Assembly (NCBI GenBank): GCA_036867785.1
Contig: CP145414.1
Coordinates: 372,001 to 436,000 of the forward strand
Source: Plasmodiophora brassicae
Taxonomy: Eukaryota
Reading direction: 5' to 3'
DNA: 64,000 nucleotides
The notes beneath the pieces were generated by a model that saw nothing but the letters and a program-made list of their open reading frames with translations, made no database searches and was not told the origin of the DNA. A program made the position numbers and the translations under genes. This document shows, piece by piece, positions 10,197-20,781 of this stretch (within the stretch, counting starts at the first letter, position 1; each line of letters begins with the position of its first letter).

Positions 10197-11897
10197 TTAA
10201 CTGCCATGATAAACGTCAGGTTGTGATACGGCTGAAAGCTCTCGGGCTGCTGCCTCCAGTTTGGCTCGGTTCGCCCATTTGTATCGCGATGTCCAGACTT
10301 CAACATCTGCGGCGGTATCGCAGTCAGTTTACGGGTCAAGAAAAATCGGGATTACGATGGCCATCGTACAGAAGTTCGCGCCGTTCCATGCGGCTAGGGT
10401 GATAATCAGGCACAGAAAAATAAGATGAATCGCGAAGCTGTGGAAGTAAAGAAGGGTCGGAACTAGACAATCCTCATCGATCAGAACACCCACGACCGGT
10501 GTTGTACAACTGCCCTCACCCATTGTCACAAACGTAAACAAGAACTGAAGCACGATAAACGCGGCTTCTTTAGCAGCTAATGTGGGAAACTTCTGCAAAA
10601 TTCTGAAGACGGGCCCCTCGTTGGCACTGAGCAGCCACTTGAAACTTGTCTGCATCTATACAGCCCACTTGAGGTTAACGAACTATAAACGTACAGTGTG
10701 TTGATCGCCCACCAGGTCGTCATCTGCCACAGATACAGGCTTGCTCAAGCGAAGAAATTTTGATTGCGTCTTCAGCGTATACGCAATCTGCCAAATCACG
10801 TAGGGTAAAAGAGGGTACACAGCAATGTCCTTGAGAGCGACCGTGCCACAACTCGGCCATTCGTCACCGCATACAGACAACGACGAATCAGATGGGAACC
10901 AGCGCAGTTGGAATGTCAAGAGCATCGGTAGGATGTGAATGGCACAGGAGGTCAACTTGTCCAAATCATGAAACACTATGGTTCACGTGTTACCCGACAA
11001 GTACAAGCCCCAGTGCAGAACCCACCTAACGAATTCCTCCAGAGAGGAACAGCCCAGGCAAGAGGCCCGTTTGCGAATGCAAATACATGAACGAATAACG
11101 TAGAGCTCTTCGGATACAAATAACTGAGGAATGGCAGTGAGCCTACACGAAGAGCATCATTACAGGTAAATTACTCGCTTACAGGTACATGTAAACGAGC
11201 CCTGTCGTAAAGTAGCAAAAGTCGATCAGGAAATACTGGTAGCCTTCTTTACGGTAGAGATATATTCGCAGGGATATAAGTAGTACGATCAGATACGTGT
11301 ACCTGTCAGCGTGCGTCAGCACTAGATGCCTGCTGGATACCGCAGACAGGCAAAGCCAGACCATTTAACCATGAGATCTGACGATCGACCAAGAAGGCAG
11401 ACTGTTACTAGCGAACCCAGTATCCCAACCGTGAATGACATCTGGAACGAAATCAGTTACACGTACAGGCACGAATGCCATTCACAGCGTACCTTGTCGA
11501 TAAACCGACAGAATGGCGGATCCGACGTCTTCTTCTGCCACGCCAGCCGACTCTGGAGGATCTTATCGCGAATTTTATGTCGCTGTCGCCGAATCTGATC
11601 CTGTCTACGTTTCCCCATATCGTATCAGCGCCTGGAAGACGACCGATTGGCAGTCACCAACATGTGCTTGCGCGCGTCTCGAACAAGACCGGCGCCGCGC
11701 CCCGTCTCGAGCGTCGTCTGCAGGTTCTCCAGGCGGACCTCCCTCAGGAACACGTCGACGATCTGCCCGAACACCTCGCTGGCGCTGCGCTCATCGTCCT
11801 CCTCGCTGTCGGTGGCCACGTCGGACGCCGACCCGACCTCATCCTCCGTCATCCGCTCGTCGGCGGACCCCCGCCGTCGCGCCCGGTTCAAAGGCAT
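10197..11897 (-). CDS. GPC1: Glycerophosphocholine acyltransferase (GPC1/GPCAT, DUF2838), multi-exon membrane protein
   Basis: [74 protein letters not shown]. Confidence 0.9.
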
Positions 11898-12211
11898 CCA
11901 CACAAATATCCCCTATGGCGCTGCACTGGCCGGGTATATAGTAACCTTGTTGATACAGACCACTGGGTCGCAATCCGCACTGGCGACGCGGTAAACGCGA
12001 CGTAGCCTTGTGGAGTTGTGGTGCCCACGCAGGCCAGGTCAGCGGACGTCTGCTGCAGCCTGCAGTTAACGGGCGACAGTCGAGAAAAGGTAGCCCCGTC
12101 ATTTTTCATTTGATGCGGTCGGGACGTCATGGAGGGCGGCGTGGCTGCCACACATCTGGGGCAGATCCCGGTAAGGGACGGCGTACCTGAGAACGATCGA
12201 CGACGCGGCTA

Positions 12212-15200
12212 ATGTTCCGTTCATGGTTTTCGCGGTGGCGAAATCGGTCGGCCAACGATGAATCGGCACGGCGATCGGTGGCGCCCGTTCGCCTTCAGAC
12301 GGCGGACGAGTGGCGGGACGCCGCGGTGGACTCTGTCGAAAGCGGCTTGAACCCGGCCATGAAAGTGTTCATTGACAGCATGGATACGTATTCGACGAAG
12401 CATGCCCAGCAATCGACGTCGTTGGCAGACCTTGTTGCGAAATCGCCGCCTGACGTCAAGGTGTTCCTTCGCGAAATGTACGACCGCCATGTCGAGCATG
12501 TGGTCAAGCAGATGCTCATCCGGCAAGGCCAGGCGCATTCGCAATGGCTTCCAGTCATCGTCTCGTTCGCCCTCCACGCATCTTGGACTTTGCAGGTCGA
12601 CCCGTCATGCTCCTCGATTCTGGATATGACCCATGTCGTTGCGTTTAGCAGCGGGTCTGAACTGTCGTCGTGTCTTTGACATTGCTCACACTAACGATGA
12701 GCTCCAGATCGCCATCCGATAGCGAAACGGTACCTGGTCTCGTTCTTCTTGGCGTCAACGTCGCGCATCGTAAGATGAGAACCGTTGTGGACACGCCTCG
12801 GGTTTTGCTTCTAGAGAACGCACGGCTCAACACGAATACCGCTCCATCGATGACGTCGCTGCGCTCGCTTCGCTCCAGCACTATCCAGGAAATCCAATCG
12901 CAATCGCAGGCGATGCGCATCATCTCAGCTCGCCCTGACATCGTCATCATGCCCGATCCCATCTCGATCGACAGTCAGTTGACGTACCAGCGTCACGGTG
13001 TCACTGTCGTCGCGGGTGTTACCCATCGCCAGATCGTCCTGCTCGCGCGTGCCACGAACGCCACGCCGGTCACATCCTTGCGACACGCTCAACTGGCCAC
13101 TTGCCGTCGTTTCCAAGTCACATGGGAGGACCTGCCCCCAGAACGGCGATATGAAAGCGGGACGCAGCGCCGCGTAAGCTGTCTGAAACTGAACAGTGCC
13201 ACGCCGGATCGCTTCCTGACGCTGATCCTACGAGGGGTCCAATGCGCTGTTGACCGGACCGCTCTGGAATCTATCACGAGAACCGCGGTTCTGATCGCGT
13301 ACAACACGACGTTAGAGGCGTCGTATATCTTCGATTCTAACGCGACGCTGTACCAGGATCTACTTCTGGGAACGCCGCCTATCTCCCCGGGATCAGATCG
13401 CGATCTCGGCAATAGAGCCGCCGGTCCATTATCGTCAACACCATTGGTGCTCGTTGACAGTCGCGCTGGTGGTGACTTGGTGGATCGCGACGAAACCGAT
13501 GGTCAGTTGGTGTGGTCATTGGAGTTCGGTGTGTACTGGATGCATGCGGAAACGCCGGTCGGCACAAGGTATGTTTCCTGCTTCCGGCCGCTGTCGACGC
13601 GGACAGCGTTCTATGGTGCCAATGATACCACGATTGGTGAATTCCTTCGCAACACGTGCTTCAATGCGTCGCGGAAGTGCAAGTGTGGTCGTACCATGCT
13701 GAATCACAAGTAAGTGGTGTTCCTGCACAGTTGTGTTTGACCTGATGAGCGCTGGGTAGGTTCTGTGTGACACATGCGAACGGTAAGCTGTCCATCGAGG
13801 TGGACGCCTTGCCGCAGGCATTGCTGGCCGAATCGAGCGACGACGCAACGCTGTCCTGGGTCTGGTGCCAGCTCTGCAGGCGTCGAAGCTCCGCAGTCGT
13901 GCGCGTTTCTGGACGCACCTTAGCCATGTCAATCACGAAGTTCTTCGAACTCTGCATCTACGACTACAGGGTGCGTTCGCAGTACGAGTCGTGCCGACAT
14001 CGTGTCCATCGCGACATGATCCGTTGCTTCGCGTTTCGCAATCTGGTCGCATCGATCACCTACACGACGGCACCCCCTTTTCAGCTATCGTTCGCGTTAC
14101 CGATGCGGTTCTCAGGGAAAGCGAATGCACGCCTCGCTCGCGTCGAGCTTGCCCGGCTCTTGGCACTCGCCCATCACGTGTCGACGATCGCGCTACGGCA
14201 TACGAATCGTCGCCTGCCGTCGTTGGTGATCGACTCCTCAGGCGACGTCGTCCGCAGACGTATCCAGGAGCAATATGACGCCATTGTCAAGCGAGCGGCC
14301 GAATATGCTAGGATGAACGTCGGTCCCACCATTGCTAGGCAGCTCTACGTTCAACTGTTCCAGGCAGCGAACCTCTGGAAATCTCAGGTAGCGTTCGCAT
14401 TCGGGAAGACTGGCTTGTATAATAACGAAACAATGGCCAGGTTGAGCCAGAGTATGTCAGATCTGCCGATGCTGACCCGGTAGCCGCGGTGACTGGGTTC
14501 TTGGGTGGGAGCCCGGCCCCAGTTCTGGTACGTAACGCGATCTGGACCCTGTCACCGACGTTCGGCGGTACGATAATCCCCATCATCCCGCTTCAAGTGA
14601 GTTGTGTTAACTGCATCCGATCTGTGAACCTGCTCTGACAGCGCGCGGCGAAACAGGTCTGTACCCAGATTGCGCATGCTTTGGCCTCTTTGCAACACGC
14701 CGCGTTTATCATGTCGGTCTCCGATGTACCCATTGCCTTGAAATTGTTACCGTTAGAAAAGGTTCCTTTCGGACTGACGTTTTCGTGAATGTCGGGCTCA
14801 TTTCTGTTTGCAGGTTTTGTCCAGTTCAATGCTGGGTGTGGAAGAAGACAATGAAGCCCGAGCCTGTGAGCAAGCGCTCCGTGTTAAGCCTATCGTCGAC
14901 CATGATTACTCTACCGTGGTGGATTGCGGGCAGCAGGGTACGTGTCGTCGCAGGACATGCCAGCACTACCGGTCACTGAGATGGGTGGAGTTAGGGACGT
15001 GCAGGATACACTTTGCGCGACAGTTCCAGGTGAGATGATGACATGGTCACTTACACTGGCCAAACGTAACTCTTGTGAAGGCGCTTCGCCACTGTGTCTG
15101 TCAAAACAACTACACGGTCATTGAATCGCTTTCGCGGTCAAAGGTATGGGCGGCAACCGGCGGCAAGAGCAATGCTGCTTTCAGAAGAACTGGTGATCGA

Positions 15201-16248
15201 CGCCTGATTTTGAAACGCATCAGCTCCACTGAGGTCGCATGTCGCCCGTGATTGTGCGAACACGGTTCTCTAACTGACGCATCCAGGCCAAAGCCTTCTC
15301 TGGAATGGCATTCGCGTACTTCAGGTACATGGCCGACCATTTGTTCGGCTCCAAACCTAGCTGCTTGATTCCTATCATTGGACTGTTTGAAATAACATCA
15401 CCACCGTCGTCGACGTCCGTCTTTCATGTTCTAATGCCGAATCTGTTCGCCGAGGATCACGTTGATAGAATATTCGATTTGAAAGGCAAATCAACAGGTA
15501 AGCCTAGGATCTGGGCGTTTCTTCTGCGTTGGTCACATGCCCATTAGGGCGGTTTATTCCGGAGAAGGCCGCTCCAGATGGTTCGGCATCAGTTCCCGAC
15601 TGGGAGGACTTGGACACGAACGACCTCGGGATTGCGCCACCTGCCCATAATGAGCAGGTTCGGTCTCTAGTCGTCCTGGTTGCTCCCGACGACTGAAATT
15701 TGCAACAGGTTCTCCAAGACGAGAACTTTGCCATGTACATGAACGGGGAACCTCTACCATTAATCGACGTCGCATACGACGCCCTGTTCGCTGCTCTAGG
15801 CAACGACACCAAGTTCCTGTCATCGCTGGGCATCATGGATTATTCCGTCCTGCTTGGCGTTTGCGAGGGGCACCCGCGCCAGATCATCATCGGCATCATC
15901 GACTACATCCGGACGTACACGCTTGACAAGAAGGTCGAGACAACGATCAAAACGTTCGTCGAGCGCGGCACGCCAACCGTCGTCCCACCAGTCCTGTACA
16001 TGGAACGCTTCCTCGCCCAAATGTACCGCAACTTCATCAGCACTCCTCATCGGGAACGCCAATGGGGACCCATGCGTTCGGGTGCATTGGACGTCGACCC
16101 AGCTGCGAACCTTGTCTACGAATCCGGCCCCGGTGGACGCCAGCATAGAGCCGATGACGATGACGCAATGCATAGCGTTGCACCCAGTGGACATCACAGC
16201 TACCGGCACGATATCCTATTCTACAGAGGGTTCTCTGGGATACACTAG
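12212..16248 (+). CDS. FAB1: FAB1/PIKfyve-like phosphatidylinositol-3-phosphate 5-kinase (no FYVE domain seen)
   Basis: Cpn60/TCP1-like region (NVAHRKMRTVVDTPRVLLL), Cys-rich region (FYGANDTTIGEFLRNTCF...HANGKLSIEV) and PIPK domain (WAATGGKSNA, FDLKG, NDTKFLSSLGIMDYSVLLG, GIIDYIRTYTLDKKVET). Confidence 0.9.
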
Positions 16249-16268
16249 TCGCCACGATGAGGGCAGTG

Positions 16269-16286
16269 GTGTGTGTGTGTGTGTGT
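16269..16286. repeat. (GT)9 microsatellite
   Basis: Read directly, between the convergent FAB1 and lectin 3' ends. Confidence 0.9.
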
Positions 16287-16312
16287 CGGGACACTGATAG
16301 CGACGTTACTGT

Positions 16313-16846
16313 TTATTGACAGGCGCCGTACTTGAACTTGGCCCGCTTGCAGAGGCCCGCGTTCTGTGTGGACGGCGACGCTGACGTCCAGACGATCGTC
16401 GACACGTTCTTGTATTGGTACTCGACGAGGTCGCCTGAATCGGTGAGGAACGCGAGGTACGGCCCTCGAGAGATGCCGTCCGGGCCATAAGCCTGGTTGT
16501 GCGCCCAGAGCGCGGTACGGTTGCCGTCGTACAGGACCATGTTGCCGTCGTCCTGGAGTTTGAACGACACCGCCTGGCCGCCGGCGCAGATGCTCCAGAC
16601 GGTCTGCGTGTAGTGCCCAGCAGAGTTCAGCTCGTTGGCGCTCCATTCCTGCAGCTCCAGGTTGCCATTGTACAGCTGCAGGCGGTACTGCCCGTTCTGG
16701 CTCCACTTCTGGTCGCCATCCGCCATCGACGTCCCGCTGATCATAACGGCGAACTGTGGATCTCCGACGAGGACCGCTTCAAGCACGCGCGCCGCAGGAC
16801 ACCATACAGCTATCATCACCGCCATCATAACGCGTACGGTTGCCAT
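16313..16846 (-). CDS. Secreted bulb-type (GNA-like, mannose-binding) lectin, intronless
   Basis: Hydrophobic N-terminus MATVRVMMAVMIAVWC..., then SQNGQYRLQL and the QxDxNxVxY motif QDDGNMVLY followed by ALWA. Confidence 0.85.
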   Translation of the reverse strand: MATVRVMMAVMIAVWCPAARVLEAVLVGDPQFAVMISGTSMADGDQKWSQNGQYRLQLYNGNLELQEWSANELNSAGHYTQTVWSICAGGQAVSFKLQDDGNMVLYDGNRTALWAHNQAYGPDGISRGPYLAFLTDSGDLVEYQYKNVSTIVWTSASPSTQNAGLCKRAKFKYGACQ

Positions 16847-17107
16847 TTTCGAAATAAGGTCGTCCAGGGGCGGCCATGTTCCGGGTTTGACGTTGTCTCG
16901 ACAGTGAGTCACGGTCGTCCAGCGCGTGACGTCAACAGGGGACGGGGGGCGAGCGCCTAATACACACACACGGCAGGGGGACTGTTGCCACAGGTACCGG
17001 GCGATCTGCCCCCGAGTAGATATTCGTTCGACTCGGCCGTTACCTCGGTACGACTAAGCAGACAGTGCTCCGGGTACTTGTGCCGCTCATAATTACGGTC
17101 GTTTGGG

Positions 17108-17601
17108 ATGCTGACGAAGTTCGCGTTGAAGGCCCACGTTGCGGTCGCAAAGGCGTTCGGGGATGCTGTCTACCAGGCCGCATCCCAGGCGATCGACGAG
17201 ATCGCCGCCCGTAAGGCATGTGACTCCCGCGGGCGCTGGCGTACTGACCCACCCGTCCAGGTTGGGAAACGGTCGGCAACGCCAGCGAGATCCTGACGCT
17301 GAAGGCCCCACCGACGACCCCAGAGGGGACCATGGCGATCCAGGCCCCGCCAAGAATGACAAAGGAGGAGCGCCGCCAGGCCGACATGCGTCGTCGCCTG
17401 TCCGCCTTCGTCACGGCGAAGAAGGTATCTAGAGTCGGCGTCGGTACTGTGTGCCAAGGTACTGGTTCTGACGGTCTGCAGGAAGCGAAAGCGAAGGAAC
17501 GCCGCGATGCCATGAGGAAGCCCGCATGGGACCACTCGACAAAGACCAATGCAACGATGGTCGGCCGGGCCCGCAACTGGAGTCGCAACGCGCCTGCGTG
17601 A
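17108..17601 (+). CDS. Hypothetical basic protein, 3 exons
   Basis: GT-AG introns at ~17211-17260 and ~17425-17481 join MLTKFALK..., GWETVGNA...FVTAKK and EAKAKERR...NAPA* in frame. Confidence 0.6.
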
Positions 17602-18110
17602 CAACCACGAACCCATATAAACTAACTGAGATGCAGACGACCCAGGCGCGCCAGAACACAGTCGCTAGGAAGCAACCGCGGGCCGTAGACCGAGCAATGA
17701 ATCCTGATCAGAGTGACTGACCGTGTAAACGCGAAACCATCCCATGCCCTTCTTCAGCTACGACAGTTGCCTCGCTGCTGGAACGGATTCGCTTGTACAC
17801 GGTCAGTCACGAATTCAATGCTCGCTCGCATCTGTGTACAGCATACCTGGACGGGACGACGACGCGGAAACGCCCCCACCCTGTTTGGCGCTGGCAACGA
17901 CACCGCTTGCCGCGCACCATGGGTTGCTATCGGTTGGTCTGCACGAAGTGGCCTACTCCGTAGTATGTGGGTCGCTTCCTGCCTGAAAGGCCGCGAAACA
18001 CAAATAAACTAAAACAATGTGGGTGGCTTTACCCACTGCAGCAGCTGCAGTTGCTCCAGGCCAGAGGGGGTCGTCGTTTTGGAACGGTTGCTGCCGGCCA
18101 TTTTGAACAA

Positions 18111-18428
18111 ATGTCTGGGTTGGCGTGGCGTCGTGCCTCGATGGTGGCGCGCCGCCCGGCACTGCTGGGCCGGCGCCGCCTGAGCGAGAAGAACATCTGG
18201 GATATCGAGGACAAGGAGCCGTCGAAGGCGCGCCCGTTCAACCGGGTGGCCGGCGAGCCCGTCGAGGTCGAGGGCTGGGAGAACATCTACATCTACGGTA
18301 TGGGGTTCAGCTTCCTGACGCTGGCGGTCGGCCTGTACTTCAAACCGGAGACCAGCCTGTCCGAGTGGGCGCGCGAGGAGATCTTCAAACAGGAGGGCAA
18401 GGAGAAGTATAGTCTGGACAATGTCTGA
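18111..18428 (+). CDS. NDUFB11: Complex I ESSS subunit (NDUFB11-like)
   Basis: Arg-rich mitochondrial presequence, then EGWENIYIYG, one TM helix and FKPETSLSEWAREE. Confidence 0.85.
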   Translation: MSGLAWRRASMVARRPALLGRRRLSEKNIWDIEDKEPSKARPFNRVAGEPVEVEGWENIYIYGMGFSFLTLAVGLYFKPETSLSEWAREEIFKQEGKEKYSLDNV

Positions 18429-18693
18429 CGCTGCCGGACTGCCAACCTCCTCCATACACGATCGTTTCGGGTCACCCCGGTCCACGTGGAGTCATGTCGT
18501 TCCGCTCCCGTCTGCCCGCCCGGGTCAACGTAGACCTACGCCCATCGCCAGTTGACTCATGCCGTGCTGAAGGTTGACGCCGTCGCCTGCCGATGGCTTT
18601 AGTTGCTTCATAACCGTATTTATTTATCGTTCAGCGCGCCGTCACCTGCTAGCGTCGTATTGCGTATTCCTGAAGCAAGTTCGCCGACCATAC

Positions 18694-18984
18694 ATGCACC
18701 CATTCGCGAACAAGGTTGCCCCAGCGCCCCCGAAGGACGGGGCGTCCCCGTTCATGCGGACGGTCGAACCCGAGGTCGTCACCGTCCTCGAATCCATCGA
18801 GGGGTACTCGCGCGTCGCCGAGTTCCGCCGGGGCCTCCACCGCATTGCCAAGCGCCTGCCGCAGGCGCCGCCCGTCCTCGACACGATCGTCAAGGCGCAG
18901 GACTTCCTCATCGCGAAACGCGATCGCCGGTCCGGCCCGAGTGCCGCCGACATCAAGTGCCTGCAGAACCGCCGCTCTATCTAA
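18694..18984 (+). CDS. Hypothetical protein (96 aa)
   Basis: ATG ORF with strong G/C third-position codon bias. No recognised family. Confidence 0.55.
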   Translation: MHPFANKVAPAPPKDGASPFMRTVEPEVVTVLESIEGYSRVAEFRRGLHRIAKRLPQAPPVLDTIVKAQDFLIAKRDRRSGPSAADIKCLQNRRSI

Positions 18985-19180
18985 ACCACAGTTGTCGTAC
19001 ATGACGTTGTCGTACAATGCCCGTCTGCAACGCTGCATGGGTGGTCGTCGCCATTGGCCGTCGTGGCACACGGGCGAGATATTTACTGAGGCGACCGGGG
19101 AAGATTGTCGACGCGTGTGTCTGTGTAGATTCTGCAACGGGGGACACGTATTCTGCAACGGAATCTGTGGGAGACGTATC

Positions 19181-19555
19181 ATGGTGACAGCGTCGTCGTC
19201 GGCAGTGTGGGTGGGTGAGGCCCTGATCTTCCTGGCGACATGCGCGCTGGGCGTGGCGTTCGGGTACATGCTCGCTACGGCCATGCGCCTCAGGCAGGAG
19301 TGCAAGCATCATCAGTCCAAGAGGAAGGCGGTGCCGAAACTGAAGATCGAGGCCGTGACCGCGGCCGACGTCAGCGACGACGAGGACAGGCGGAGTTCGT
19401 TGTCGCCCAAGTTCACCGGCAGGTCCGATGACGAACCTCTGCCGAAGCACAACAGGCTCGACTCGGTGGACGTGTCCGGCGACGTTCTTCTCGCAGCGAC
19501 AGCCGCGTTCCAGCTATCGTCGTCCGACGCATCAGATAACGATATGGACGATTGA
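19181..19555 (+). CDS. Hypothetical single-pass membrane protein (124 aa)
   Basis: N-terminal TM segment ALIFLATCALGVAFGYMLA, followed by a basic stretch and an acidic Ser-rich tail. Confidence 0.6.
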   Translation: MVTASSSAVWVGEALIFLATCALGVAFGYMLATAMRLRQECKHHQSKRKAVPKLKIEAVTAADVSDDEDRRSSLSPKFTGRSDDEPLPKHNRLDSVDVSGDVLLAATAAFQLSSSDASDNDMDD

Positions 19556-19675
19556 CGGGTACACAGCAACCAGTTGGACACAGCGCGGCTGTGTCAGCGT
19601 GAGTCATTCCTAGAGCGCACCGGAAGGCAGAACGAAGTGCAGGGTGTCGACTTGACGCTATCAGGGCAGACGGAG

Positions 19676-20179
19676 ATGATTGCTGGAATCTCGTTGATGC
19701 TGCTGGGTGCCGGTATGGTGTCCTCGCCGGCAATGGCGTTGGACGCTGCGTCGATGATTTCAACGGGGCTCGGCATGCTGACGGGAACGGCGCAGGTCGA
19801 CGACCTGCTGAAGGTCCTTGTGACCGAGGTGGCAGATACGGACGGGTTGCGGAATAGCATGAACAACTTGTTCGGTATCGACCAGAGTAGCGACCTGCAG
19901 AGTTCGCTGGAGGGCATGATGAACACCGATGTGCTGACGTATTTACGCGCGATGGGCGACGTGTCGGTGGAGTCGCTGACCTCGCTCCTGGCTCAGCCGT
20001 CTGGCGTTCCGGATCTGGTTGTCTCCGCTGTCAGTGGCCTGGTCGGCCACTTCATGAGCCAACCGTCGGTCCAGAACGATTCCTGCCCCGTTCATCCAGA
20101 GTCCGATGTATTCTTTGCTCGCAAGAGTTTCTGCGAGATTCGGGAAGCGAAGACAAACACGCCTGACCGTGATCTATAA
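19676..20179 (+). CDS. Hypothetical secreted helical protein (3' end uncertain, may splice further)
   Basis: Signal-peptide-like MIAGISLMLLGAGMVSSPAMA, followed by amphipathic acidic helices. Confidence 0.55.
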   Translation: MIAGISLMLLGAGMVSSPAMALDAASMISTGLGMLTGTAQVDDLLKVLVTEVADTDGLRNSMNNLFGIDQSSDLQSSLEGMMNTDVLTYLRAMGDVSVESLTSLLAQPSGVPDLVVSAVSGLVGHFMSQPSVQNDSCPVHPESDVFFARKSFCEIREAKTNTPDRDL

Positions 20180-20781
20180 ACACCGGTTGAACCCAGACGA
20201 GCATGTTCCTGTGCCTGCCGACGTTCGTTGACCGTGCTGCGTAATTACTCACCATCGTGATCTATTTAGCATGCTCGGCTTTCCACTGCCCTGCCGTTCT
20301 GTAACAGACTGACCTTGTCGCCGAATCGGTCCGACACAGGGTCAATGCCATGGGGCTCAAGACGCATTGCAAAAGCGCTGACAGGCATCGCGTTGCGCGG
20401 CTCATGCTTTTGACGGTCATAATTTGATCGATCGGCAGCGAGACCGTTGCACTGAGTATTCGTCAAGAACCCGATTTAGGTGTTCCAGGTTGACAAGATG
20501 ACCTTTGAACACTGCGGCCGGCATAACCCAAGAAAGAACCGCCAGGTCCTGCCACTCCACAACCGAAAATAGGTCTTGCTGACTGTGTGGGCACTGCACT
20601 GCGCGGAACGCGTCGGTCGTTGCGGAGTCCGAGGACGTGCGCTGTCCAGCGTTCACTGACCACAGTGACCTAAAAATAGCACTGCAGCGGCTCCAGCGGT
20701 ACAGCCCCAAGCGCACTCCGAGCGGTGTGGTGCAGCAAGGCGCAGAACCGCTTTCGGTGGGCCGTCAGCATAACAACAGCA

